Source: Geosiphon pyriformis uo1 (lineage: Eukaryota; Fungi; Glomeromycota). Taken from it: a stretch of DNA of 64,000 nt. Both the position numbers and the translations under genes were made by a program. Positions 12,473 to 25,100 of the stretch are shown piece after piece. The notes under the pieces were generated by a model. It was not told the origin of the DNA, did no database searches, and saw only the letters and a program-made list of their open reading frames with translations. Numbering within the stretch: position 1 is the stretch's first letter; every line of letters starts with the position of its first letter. Location: positions 66,373 through 130,372 of the forward strand of contig JAAOMT010000003.1 of the NCBI GenBank assembly GCA_016748015.1, read 5' to 3'.

Positions 12473-14559
12473 TTAATGTTGCTCTGTTTGATGAGATTTC
12501 CGGGGGTGATGAGAAAAGAGGTATTGGCCAAAACGGAATTAGGCAAGTTTTCCTGCCTGCAAATCAAAAAAATATTGCATGTAGGTTTTGAAACAAAGGA
12601 TAAGGAATCAACTAATTTGAAATGTTCAAAAAAAAAAAATGTACTGGCAAAATTCCGGATTGTTATATTCCAACTTTTCGGTATAATTAGACCAACAAAA
12701 CATACCCCCTGGTTGCGTATTCTTTAAACCAGCCACGTGTTCGTAGAACTCATAACAGCAATGAACAAAGCAGGCCATAGCGATTGACAGAGCAAATTCT
12801 AGAGCTGAAGGATCCTCCAAAATTTGTTTTTGACCAATTAGATTGAATAACTTTTGTGGCAGCTTATAAGGATTTGAGAAGAGATCTACAAGGGTAGTTG
12901 GTGCCGAACTAAAAAAAAGGGTTCAAAAATAAAATCACCCGAGAATTAACAGTTTGAATATTGAAAGTGACTCACAAGAGATCATTAGATAGATTATTAA
13001 AAAGAAGATTTTTGGATCTCTTGAAACATTTATTACCTTTGTAGTTTTAAATAGCCACAAGTATCCAATAGAGTAAGTGAAATTTCGAATAATTTTCGCC
13101 AATTCTTATTAGAGATGTAATATCCTTGAGCAGAATTAAGCCAAAGTTTAAGATCATCATGGGTGACGTGAAGAGAGGAATGGGATGGATGATTGATTTG
13201 TGTAGAAATGAAAGGAACAAACGGGGGTAGACGGCTAGGTTGATAGATGAATATTTCGGGGGAAATCTGAATTGAATGAACTTTAACTTTATTTCTCAGG
13301 ATTTCAGGAAGAATTTCTTCCGCTGTAAAAGAATAATTGAAAATTAGTATTTGTGTGGGGGTATATATTAATAATAGAAATATTTAAAAACAATGGAAAT
13401 TTACCTAAATGTTTACGATAAGGAATTGGTTGAATCATCAGTCTTTCTTCTCTCTCACATCTTATTGCCAGTTGTGCGGCGTGTGCCTTTTCAAAAAATT
13501 TTGTTTGAAATATAGAAAGAAAGTTAGCAAGGGAAAAATCATTTATTATAATCAAAAACAACAAGGTCAAAATACATACTCCATAATAGATGGTTGTTTC
13601 CTGGTAAGTTTTAAAAACAAACGCAAACATTTTGCAAGCCTCTAAATAGCAACTGATTGATTCATAATAAACTTTGAAAAAAAATGGTGATTGATAAGAT
13701 ATTTTTAATTTGTTTCCAAATTTGAATTTTAATATAAATTGAGAGATATATACTTGCGGTGCGCAATAAAACTTCACGCTGGGTTCTTGTCGGGATCTTT
13801 AAGAAGAATGCTGAATCAATCAATCAATCAATCAAATAGACACATAAAGAGTAGAAGGAAAATTAGTTGAGAAAAAACCCATTTGGTTTAGGTGATATTA
13901 TTATTTTTGGGATATTTTATTGGGATCAAAGTAAATCGTACTCACCAAAGTTATCGTCTGGAGACTTGGACATGACTGAACGTGTTATTCTGGCAAGATA
14001 TTCTTTAAACGGTAAATGATCCGGATATCGTTCGCGACTTTAGAAAATTGGAAAGATTTATAATTTGAAGGTGAGGGAAGTTTTAGCAAAAAAGACTTTT
14101 TTTTTTTTTAGAAGCTATGAGGTAGAACTTACATGAAATCAAAAATTACTGTGGCATTAGTAATATCACCTCGTTTTAGTGCGATTTGATGCTCAAGTAT
14201 CTAAGATTTTAAATGAAAAGGATGATAAATTAATTGAATGATTGATTACTAATTATTATAATTACATATTACGATTAGAATGATTTATTTATTTATTTTT
14301 TTACCTTTAAATCATAAGCGAGTGGAAATAGTTGCAAAGCTTGATTAACACATTTAAAAGCTTCCAATAATCTAGCATCACTTGGATTGTTACTATGATT
14401 TTTTTCTTGTTTATTCTCACAAGAGTTCTTGGTTTGATGATAATGATGATGATGATGATTGATCGAATCTTTTGGGTCAGCCAACCATTGATAAATTTCG
14501 TTGACAAAAGATTCAAGGCTTCTTTTTAAGGACGGATTTTCAAAGTTGGTTGTGGCCAT
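10669..14559 (-). CDS. INTS10: Integrator complex subunit 10 homolog (~888 aa, 13 exons)
   Basis: Exons 14559-14305, 14200-14133, 14037-13946, 13810-13754, 13671-13580, 13486-13405, 13322-13037, 12908-12706, 12556-12092, 12015-11890, 11807-11260, 11161-10987 and 10886-10669 splice in frame. Motifs are colinear with animal INTS10 as I recall it: ALQLFPLAYDLK~ARSLYPADFNIQ; FFLKIPTRTQREVLL~LFETLPGRVQCEMLL; NWRKLFEI~PWERLFKI; IRARNCWDLI~KLARESWELL; AVHQLIVLSQYGWP...LKYLQFFQNVQNIEIMKDI~ALGHVIVLLQQEWP...FQYENFFNYVTNIDMLEEF. Confidence 0.85.
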
Positions 14560-14807
14560 ACGAGTAAATTTCCGTGATGATAATGATAAATTTTTCGTGT
14601 AGTTTGGAAAGTTGTTTGGAAAGTTGTTTGAACTGTTACTCTGGGGTGAGGGATCTTATAGGTTTCAAATTTTCTCAAGTGGAATAATTTCGCCTTTTAA
14701 AGTATAGCTTAAAAAAAAATTTTTTTGAGTGAAATTTCACTCGCGTGTCAAATGCTATTTACTCGGTGTTGATATGGTAAGGCGACGAAATTGATAGGGA
14801 GTTGTTA

Positions 14808-14824
14808 ATAATAATAATAATAAT

Positions 14825-14856
<32 letters not shown>
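14808..14856. repeat. Compound (AAT)n-(AT)n microsatellite upstream of INTS10
   Basis: Directly visible. Confidence 0.9.
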
Positions 14857-14860
<4 letters not shown>

Positions 14861-14964
14861 TTTACAAGTTCAAAAAGAATTAATTTTTAAGTGAAGGATT
14901 TTGAGGATAATTTATCGATAAAAAATTTTTTGCATTGACCAAAGGATAAAAGTTTTTTAAGAAT

Positions 14965-15018
14965 GGGGGGGAGGTGGAGGTGGAGGTGGAGGTGGAGGTG
15001 GAGGAGGTAGAGGTGAAG
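14965..15018 (+). repeat. (GGAGGT)n G-rich microsatellite
   Basis: ggggggaggtggaggtggaggtggaggtggaggtggaggaggtagaggtgaagg. Confidence 0.85.
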
Positions 15019-15832
15019 GAGATAAAAAATATTTTTTTTAGAATCGGTTAGAATCCTAATAATATCCTATCGTAAAATTTTTCACTGCACAGAAAAAAAA
15101 AAATATTCAATAAAAAAAAAAAGATGATGTATTTTGGTAGTTCAAAAAGCAAATCGTCTAAAAAATTGAAAATCCAATAGGTAGTAGTAGGTGTATATTA
15201 TGATGATTTGTATTTTTAACTCTGGACCAATAAATATCAATGAATTCATTGATTACCTAATATAAGAACGATTTTGGACAACTGATAATTGTTAAAGATT
15301 GGAAACACAAAAAGACGACAAGGTAAAAATTTTTTCCCCCACAAAATACATTGAAGCTCTGGAACGGTCGAAAAACATGGCGTGTCAAGCAACTATCTAT
15401 TACTTTTCAGAATTTATTTTCACGGCGATATTACATAATAATATTTTTTTTGTGGCAAAACATTAGAGATTCAATAAACTTTTTTAAGAACGTGATTTTA
15501 AATTTACTAGCTTGATTTGGAAATTTTTTGAGTTAAAGTTTTGCTTAGGTAAACACGTAATAGTTGAAAATCTCATTCGTAACTTTGGTTAGTTGAGAAA
15601 TTTAGTGAGACCAAAATAAAAAAAATGAGGGTCTGACGGATTTTATTTTCGCGTTCAGTCTAGACTCGGGAAAATTCAGTTTACGGTTTTTAAGTATTTT
15701 GATTTTTGATTTTTGCTATAAAGTTTTTAAAAGACAAGACAAGTCAAGTCAGTCAAAGATTGTCAATTTATATAATGATTGAATATTTAAAAGTTGAGAT
15801 ATATGTGCAAGGATTCTTGAATGTTAAAAAGC

Positions 15833-15904
<72 letters not shown>
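15833..15904. repeat. (ATT)n microsatellite, ~24 units
   Basis: Directly visible; further (ATT/AAT)n tracts at 16426-16472 and 18748-18798. Confidence 0.95.
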
Positions 15905-15905
<1 letters not shown>

Positions 15906-16425
15906 AGAGATTTAAACCAATCCAATCCAAGCCATTCATTCATCGAATAATATACATGTTTCAGAATCAGAAAAGCCGTTTTCGTGTAATTTTGTGAAAT
16001 TTTTCACTCTGGAATATTTTTACAATACAGTAGTAAATGGTATGCTACTAAAACCGAGCTTAAAAACTTTGGAATAGTATTTTGGATAATTTGTAACAAT
16101 TTTTTTTTTAAAAGTGGTAAAAACCCATTTTGGCATGCCGAAACAAATTAATTGCATATTATGGAAACAGAAAGAACCTTTTTTTTTTTTTTTTTTGTAA
16201 CATTCATTCATTCATAATAATCATGGAAATCAAGGATAAAAATAAATCAAAAAGATTCGAAGACTCAATAATGTCATAAATCATTTTTTCCATGTTAGAT
16301 AAGGGTCCCTAATGCAGGGTTTAAAACCGAATATTGAATTAATAAATTCTCAATGAAAAACATGATTTGGGTCTCCGAGAATCTAGAATAATAAAAGGGG
16401 ACATATTTCACCACATATGAAAGAG

Positions 16426-16472
<47 letters not shown>

Positions 16473-17655
16473 GAAAGAATATTTTTTAAAATAATATATC
16501 AAAAAATTGTGCATATGTAATGTAATGTAACAATTTGACAAGATTTGTTTTCTATTTTATTTTTTATTTTTTTTTGAAAGAGACTGAATCCAAAGAGATA
16601 AGGTGCTTTAATGACGTAAATATTTCTTTTCTTTTTATAGAATTGAATAAACTTGAGGTTTAATTGATATAACAAAAAAAAAAAAAATTCTAAATTTCAA
16701 ATATTTATAATTTGCGAATCAAGAGAGTTGTATTTAAATTAAAAATTGAAAAGAACTTTTTGTAGTGGAGAAAAAGAGATGAGAGAGTGTGGTTTGACAA
16801 TAAAAAAAAAAAAAAATTCTTTTTCAATTTGATAATTCATGAATCGTATTACATGAATAAAGAATCTAGACCCTACTAAAAGAATTTTCTTCAATTGAAA
16901 ATCATGTCTCAATTTTGATTGATTCAAAATGCCATGCTTTCTCCGGTTAAATTTGTTGAACAAAAATTTTTGCCTTTCAAAAAAGAATTGTGGCCATTTA
17001 AAAGTTTTAATTTTAATTTTCAAGACTTCTTTTTAGAATATTTATTCCAAGGATAAAGTGATAAGAGATGTAATTTTTTAAATAAAGTTACTAGATTACG
17101 AAATTACTTTTTTTTTTAAAAAAAAAGGATCAAATCAATCATAAGTTTTAATTATTGTAAACCCGATTCAGAATATATATTCGGGAATTAATGAATGAAT
17201 TAATGAATGAATGAATAAATGTGAATAAGAATAAGAATAAGAATGAGAATACATTAAAAGGTTTAAAATGTGAAACCGTTTTCTAATCATCAAAATTTAA
17301 TTTATGAACTTTACATTTGTAGGACTAAAAGTTTCTTTAATTATTTTTGATTAAATCTTTTGATAACTAAATTTTTATTTAAAAAACCTTACCTTTAAAT
17401 CAAAATTTGTACACGAGGTCAAAGATGTGCTGTTTATGAAATACAGAATGCATGTTGGCTGACCTAATTATGTTATACCTGTTACAAAGTAAAAACTTTT
17501 TTTTTATTTTATTTTTTGAATTCTTAAATGGCGTTAAGTGATTTTGCAGATAGTCGGATTATTTTGGAGTTTTTATCTAATATTTTGGGTTTTGGATTTT
17601 GGATTTTGAATTTCTATCAAAAAAAATAACTTTTAAGTTTTAATCATCTTTTTTT

Positions 17656-17739
17656 GGGGGTAAGGGTGAGGGTGAGGGTGAGGGTGAGGGTGAGGATTAG
17701 GAGGGGGTAAAATGGGGAGGGGGTGAAATGGGGAGAGGG
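17656..17739 (+). repeat. (GGGTGA)5 plus G-runs; potential G-quadruplex
   Basis: gggggtaagggtgagggtgagggtgagggtgagggtgagg followed by further G4-5 runs; a complementary C-rich (CCCCCT)n tract lies at 17981-18024. Confidence 0.75.
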
Positions 17740-18747
17740 AAGTTATAAGTTGTCATAACTTCTTATCTTCCAGATCTTAGATAGGAAAGAAAATATTGAA
17801 TATTTAGCGATTACATTATTTTTCAGATTATATAATAAAAATAAAAATAAAAACTTTGAAAAATAATATTTTATTTAAAGATTAGGAAATTGATTTTAAA
17901 AAATATATCCTTTACGAATAAACCTTTCTTTTTTCTTTTAAAAAAATAAATAAATGAAAATATTAAAACATAATTTTATTCCCCCCCCTCCCCCTCCCCC
18001 TCCCCCTCCCCCTCCTTCCCCACCTCTCACTCATCTATTATTTATTATTTAAAACTTTATCTCTTTTGTGATTCTTCCTAATGAATTTGACCTATCTCTA
18101 AAAGTTTAAATAAAATTTAAAAAAAGTACACCACGGAAAAAAGTCTGAATTTTTGTTCAAAAAACAACTGATCATCAAATACCCAATTAAAGCAAAATTT
18201 CCTATATGTTTTAATGTAAATATATAATAAAAAAAATTATTTTGAAATCATACGGTTTTTTTTTTTGCTTTACATTCCCAAATAAATACTTTTATGCAGC
18301 TATTTACTATCTTTGCTTCACATAGATTCTTTGTCAGCAGTTTAGCAATCGAAATAAAACTAAATCTTTTACTTTTTTCATGTGACCAAATTTTCTTACC
18401 AATGGGAGAATTTATGTAACTTTTATTCACGTGACTTTAAAATTTTCCTATTGGTTTGATTTAGAGTCTTGTCGAATATTTTCAAAAATGTATTTGAATA
18501 TGACATTCATTGTATCTGAAACTGGAATTAGTGTTCACTGGGAAATGACTTTTCTCAATGCTTTTGAATTTTTTTTTAATTGATCCATTTTTTGATTATG
18601 TATCAGAGAGAGAGTGACTCCTGCAATAATGACCACTTGATAAACGACACTAATGATAATAATAAAATTTTTTAGTGGTCACAAAGTTATTGTTGTGCTG
18701 CCTTGAGATCTAGGCCCTGAAACGAACAATTCTAAATCGAATGAATC

Positions 18748-18798
<51 letters not shown>

Positions 18799-19049
18799 TC
18801 TGCAGATAAACCATAAACAAAGGAATTATTTAAAAATTTACAAATTACTGATACCAATGTGTAATACTACAGAGTAACTAGATGAAAAAATATCAAAGTC
18901 CCGATCGATGGTCGAATCTATATATGTAATCTTTTCAAATAACATAACATCTCACAATAACAATGATCATTAAATTCTTGAAAACCATGAGTTTTTCAAG
19001 ATATTTTTATGTACAATTTTTTCATTCAAATTACTGATGATGTACAATT

Positions 19050-20228
19050 TTTGATAACTCTGTGATTAAGTTTAAAACGACAATTGAAAATTTAATTAAA
19101 ACAAGATCTTATCATTTTTATGCAAAGATTTAAAAAAAACATATATATATTTTTCAAAATTTTTGATTTATTACAAAAAAAAAAAATGTTCGCTTATTAA
19201 TAATCAAGATTACAATGATAATTTTTTAATTTTATTCGGCTTTTTTTTAACTCTAATTTTATGTCAATTTTATAAATAAAATAAAAAATTATTATATATT
19301 TCCTATTATTTAAGGATATAATTAACGCAGATAATTATAAATTACTTATTTATTCATTAGATAAATGATTATCTACCCAATTAAAAAATATTAATTTTTA
19401 ATTTTTTTTTGTCAAAAATAAAATTTATGTTTTTAATTTCATTTGTAAAAATTATAAAAAAAATATCCAATAAATAAGTTAAAAGAACCCGAACTTTTAA
19501 GGTACACAATAATTTATTAATTTATGCGATTATATTATGTAATAAAATTATTTAACAAACCAATGGTACACATTTACGATATATATGTAAAAAAAAAAAT
19601 TTATTTAAAAAAATTATTTTTATTATTTATTTATTTATTTTTATAAATAATTAAAAATACTTTTTTTTTGTTCATTTATAAAATAGAAAAAATAATTTTT
19701 TGAAATATTATATTCTTTTCAAAGTTCAATTTAAATAATTATATATTATTTTATATTTTATAAAATTTATAATTAATAAAAATATTTGCGAATATAATAA
19801 ATAATAAATAAATATTTTGTAAATTATAATTAAATAAATAATAATAATAATAATAATAATTAACTAAAAAAAAAAATTAATTTGGTTTTAAATAATTTAA
19901 TAGAATAGGATCAAAAATTTTAAAAATTAAATAATAATTTATATTCAACTTTAAATTAATTGTATTTAAATTAAAAATTAAAAATTAGTTAATTAATTTA
20001 TTTATTTGTTTAAAAAATAATTATAAAATTAAAATCAAAAAATAATAATTTTTTTGATCAAATATTTAATTAATATAAAATATTTTAATTTTTTATAATT
20101 AATAATAATTCTTGATAATTATATTATTATTATTATTATTATTATTTATTATTATTTATTATCATTATTATTATTATTATTATTATTTATTATTATTATT
20201 ATCATCATTATTATTATTATTATTATTA

Positions 20229-20264
<36 letters not shown>

Positions 20265-20950
20265 TATTATATCAAATTTTAATTCAAAATTAATTTTTAT
20301 TACATTTATTAACTTGAATATTAAATACATTTTTTGAAAATATATTTAAATATTTGTACATTAAATGATTATTAATATTATCACTTTAAACAATCAAATA
20401 TTAATTTTGAAAATATTTTGTAATAAAAAACTAATAATTTAATTTAACTATACACAATCCTAAATTTTAAAAAAGCTCAAATTTTATTATTTGGCTTTAA
20501 AGAATGTGAAAAAACAAACAGTGATTTTTTTATAATTTATCACAATTTTGGTAACAATTAAACTTTTATTAAATTAAACAGAAAATTTGTAATAAACAGT
20601 AAAAACTTTTTAATTTCAAAATTAAACAAATTAAAAAAACATAAATCAATTCATTTACTTAATTTATATTATTTTAGTTAGTGTTCTTAAAATTTAATTA
20701 TTTTTTTAAATTTATTTTTCATAAAAATTTTCTCAACAATTTGAAAATAATTTACAAATAATCTATTTTCTTGTTAAAAGTAAAAGATATAAATTGTGAT
20801 ACTTGATAAAAATATTTTCTAATATTAGTTGATTAACTTATAGTTTTTTTACTCTCTTAAAATTCAATCTTCGAATAAATTTAAAATTTAGTATTTTTTA
20901 ATATTTCTAAAAAAATTTATATTAAAATTCGCAATTTCCAATAATATTCA
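19050..20950. mobile_element. Ultra-AT-rich decayed block with degenerate (ATT)n tract at ~20120-20270; probable transposon relic
   Basis: Very low GC, CpG nearly absent, no ORF; family not identifiable; boundaries approximate. Confidence 0.35.
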
Positions 20951-21109
20951 TTTATCCTCATCCAAACTATACTTCAAATCTCAAAGTCCAAAAAACTGGA
21001 TATCTGTATATTGACAACTCGGATTTCAACAAAATTTTAAAGAAGTTTTACAATTCTATAAAAGTCATAAGCATCCAAGATTTAATCTATCTTTATTTTT
21101 CTTTGCACA

Positions 21110-22270
21110 CTTTGGCCTAGACTTTTTTGAATTTCTGAACTCTAATGAAACTATCAAAAAACAATTAGCAGATATTCTGAATTCTTTTATTTCTCTCTTT
21201 GGTAAAGTATAGAAGTCCTATAATATAAATCACTTTGTTTATGAATAACATCAAATAAAATAGTTCGAATTTTAGTGACAATAATAGAGTAAAGCCAAAA
21301 CTCTTAAAATAAATCAAGACAGCTAACTTTATTTAAATTTTTTAATAATTTTAAAAAAGCATTTTTTGAATATTTTGCATATGACAACAATTTTATTACT
21401 TATGAAAATTGGTTGAACATGGGATTGGAACTATATTTAATTTAACACAAGCATTTTTAGAATTCCAGAAACCAGTGAATGCAGAAAATTCTTGTGGACA
21501 ATTCTTCTTAGGACGTTATTATAATCATCGAATTAGTACTTCAAAAGATCGAGGAAAAGCATTTGAACTCTTTCAAAAGCAGTAGAGGAGGGTAATAAAA
21601 ATGCACAAATCAAATTTGCAAATTGTTATATAAATGGATGGGAACAACGGAAAGCATTTGAACTCTATTCAAAAGCAGCAGAGGCGGGAGATCTAGATGC
21701 ACAAATTATTCTTGGATGGTGCTATCGAGATGGATTAGGAACAACGAAGAATCATGAAAAAGCATTTGAAATCTATTCAAAAGTAGCAGAGACGGGAGAT
21801 CTAGGTGCACAAAACGATCTTGCAGATTGCTATCTAAATGGATTAGGAACAACAAAAAACGAGGAAAAAGCATTTAAACTCTCATTAAAAGCAACCGAAG
21901 CAGGACATCAATATGCACAACTAGATCTTGGACTTTGTTATCAGAATGGATGGGGAACAACAAAAAATCTAGCAAAATCATTGAAACTCTATTTAAAAGC
22001 AGCAAAGGGGGGAAATACAAAGGCCCAATAAAATATTGAATTTTGTTTTAATAGTGGATCGGGAACAAAGAGAAATTGAGAAATCTGAGCCCACCAATTA
22101 AACTTGGAACGTGTCATCGAACGGATGGGGAAATAAGAAAAATTGAATTTTATTCAAAAACAGCAGAACTGGAAAATATAAGTCCACGATATAACTTTAC
22201 TTGGTTTTATAAAAATGGGTGGGAGCAACAAAAAGCCTAACAAAAGCATTTGACTCTACTTAAAAGCATA
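21110..22270 (+). pseudogene. Sel1-like repeat (SLR) protein pseudogene
   Basis: Tandem ~36-aa/108-bp repeats: EHGIGT...KAFELYSKAAEAGDLDAQIILGWCYRDGLGTTKNHEKAFEIYSKVAETGDLGAQNDLADCYLNGLGTTKNEEKAFKLSLKATEAGHQYAQLDLGLCYQNGWGTTKN. Frameshifts near 21580 and 21645, in-frame TAA at 22029-22031, degraded repeats to ~22270. Confidence 0.9.
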
Positions 22271-22399
22271 AGCGAATAAATTAACTTATTAAAATAATTT
22301 TTATGATTTGGCCCGGAGCGTTTCAATTTACAAATGACCTATCAGATATGATTAATATTTGTGTATTAAATATAATGTAGATAGTATTAATCAATTGCA

Positions 22400-25100
22400 T
22401 ATAATTTGTTTCAATTTCTTACCTTTAAGTAAATACATTAATTCTTTTAAAAGTAAATAATAAAATTTTAATATACTGTATTATAATTAAATTAATCAAT
22501 GAGTTAACTAATATAAAATCTCTACTAATTAGATAAACCAACCCTTTTTTTCTCTAATTATTTGCAAAGTTAAAAAATGACTTATATAAACTGCTCCTGG
22601 ATGAATATTTGTTATTGTTGTTATTGTAATTAAATGATTCACTTTATTTTTTATCATTGACACCTTAACTGTAGACTCTTCCAACATCTCTCCAATTTCT
22701 TCTGCAGTAAAAAATTTTTAATATTAACATTTCAGCACTTTAGATTTTATTTTGGCAATATAAGATGTAACAAAAAAAAGATAATTTTAGGTCTAATACT
22801 TTTAAAAACAATAAATATATGCATATTTTCATGAAAATAATCATAAAAAGAAGGCTTTTTTGGTTCGAATTCTTATAATAAAATAGCAAAACTATAAACA
22901 TTACCAGCTATTGTAAACATTTTACTTCTTAAAACTTCTTGTAAAATGAATGAAATTACTTTATATATGTTTTTTTTTGTTGCTTTTTCTGTTATTGTTA
23001 ATGTTTCATGGTTTGTAAATTAACATAATATTAAATTAACAATTATTTTTTATTTTTTAATAATACTGCAATACATATTGTTATATATGACCCAAAAAAA
23101 AACGAAATCTTTAAACAAACAAATAATAACAAAAAGCAATGTTAGACAGCTCTAAATCTTTTTATTCAAAAAAAGTAGCTTTTCAAGAAGTTTTGTATTA
23201 AAAGAGATAATCTGCTAATAGTATTTATACAAAAATTAGTCTTCTGAAAAAGCATATTTGAAATTATTTCACAATATTTAAAATCTGTATTGATGTGACT
23301 CATAATAACAGTTTAGAAATAAATTAATAGAGTATTTTAGAAGACAACAGTTATTGCAAGTTTAATAAAAGAGACAAAATAATTTTACTGGAATTTATTT
23401 TGAAGATAGGTCCAAATTAAAAATTTTACTCTGTATTTAGAAAAAATACAAAAACCTATTCTACTTAATTGTTTTTATACTTCTTTAAAATACTTAAAAT
23501 AGAGTACATATTTTTTTATTTTTATAAAATAGAATAAAACTTGGGTCTTATTAATAGATTATTATGATTAAAACTTTTAATTTTTAGTTATATTTATTAT
23601 CTAATTATAATTAGCCACATATATTAGCCACCTTATTTTTACAATTAATCGTTAACTTAATCAATAACTTAATTATTGACTTGGTTATTAACTTAATCAT
23701 TAATTCAATTATTGATTTTTTTTAAAATATATTAATATATTATTTTTTATTAATAATATAAACTGTTCTTTTATTTTTAGATTTTTTTAAAAAAATAACA
23801 ACTAAAATATTTACAAGACTGATCTTGTGTATTAAATTCTTACAAATTCAATTTGTTCATTAAATTGAATTTATTTTTAATTAATTTATACTATAAAATA
23901 CTGTTCTTTTTTATTATTTGTTAAAAAATTATATTTAATTATAGCAATATAAAAACATTTTAACTTTATTATTATTACGTAAGAATAAAAAAAATTTATT
24001 TAAGAGCTTTATGTTGTTTTTTTAGTAATATTCAAATTTTTAGTATCAATTAATACTTTTTTTTAGAAGTTATTGGCCCCATTTGCTGTTTATTTGATTA
24101 TTTTAAAAGTTTTTAAGTAACATTCAAAAAAAAGTTGTTTGAAATAATATATAAAAATGCGTATGTTATTACTCTTAATTGTATAAAATATTTTTAAGAA
24201 GTTTAGTAAAGTAATTTGCTATAAATATAATATAAGATAGATATTTAGTGCTTTTAATAATTTATAAATACATATAAAGTCGAAATTTTAAGTGCAATTT
24301 TTTAATAAGCTAAAAATTTTTATATACTCAAACTTCAAATAAAATAAATATGTAAATTTTAACTAATTAATTATATTCAAAGAATTTTTAAATTAATAAC
24401 CATCTTAGTTTGATCACAATTAATAGATAATTGCATTATTTGCTTATTAACTATCTGTTTTTCGCTTTTAATGTTTTAAATAATTGAGCAATATTTATTG
24501 CTAGTTCTTTTTTTATGTAAAATATTTTCTGGTTAACAGCTGAATTTATTAACATTTTTTTTACAAAATATAATTTAAAAAAATTTATCAAGTTTTTGCA
24601 GAATTTAATTTTTGGATTAAATAAAAATATATGTTAATTTGAGCTGTTGACTGTATTGTGCAAATTTACTAGCATTGAAATTAGGGTCTTAAAAATTTAT
24701 TTTTTATAAATAACAATAAATAGTTCTTTATAAACAATAATAATTTTTATTCAAAAGAATTTAAAATTATATTTTCTCAAAAAATAAGAAAGCTAAAGTA
24801 AAAAGATCAAAAAAATAATTGGTATATATGTCAAAAAATCTTATGTTGGCAGATAAATATACAGTCTAGAACAAAAAAATGGAAATTAATTAAATAGCTA
24901 TTATATCTTAACCAATAAATTAATTAAATAAAAAATATATTATCTGAAAGCTAAAAATTAGAGTTTTTATTAATAGAAAATTTCCTTCTATAATTAGTTT
25001 ACAATACTGATTTATTAATTTTGCTAATTTGATTAGAGAATATCACACCATTTTTTTCAATAAATTGCTCTAATTTTAGCTCTTTTGGCTTTTTATAAAG
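22400..25100. mobile_element. Ultra-AT-rich decayed block, probable transposon relic
   Basis: Very low GC and CpG, no ORF; a similar block lies at ~26550-27600; family not identified. Confidence 0.35.

Noticed and set aside
12349-12727. Poly-Met and poly-Ile ORFs in the track
   Set aside because: They are shadow frames of the poly-Ser-coding (TCA)n tract in INTS10 exon 9.
17664-17695. Telomere or chromosome end
   Set aside because: Only five variant TGAGGG units in an internal position, not a TTAGGG array.
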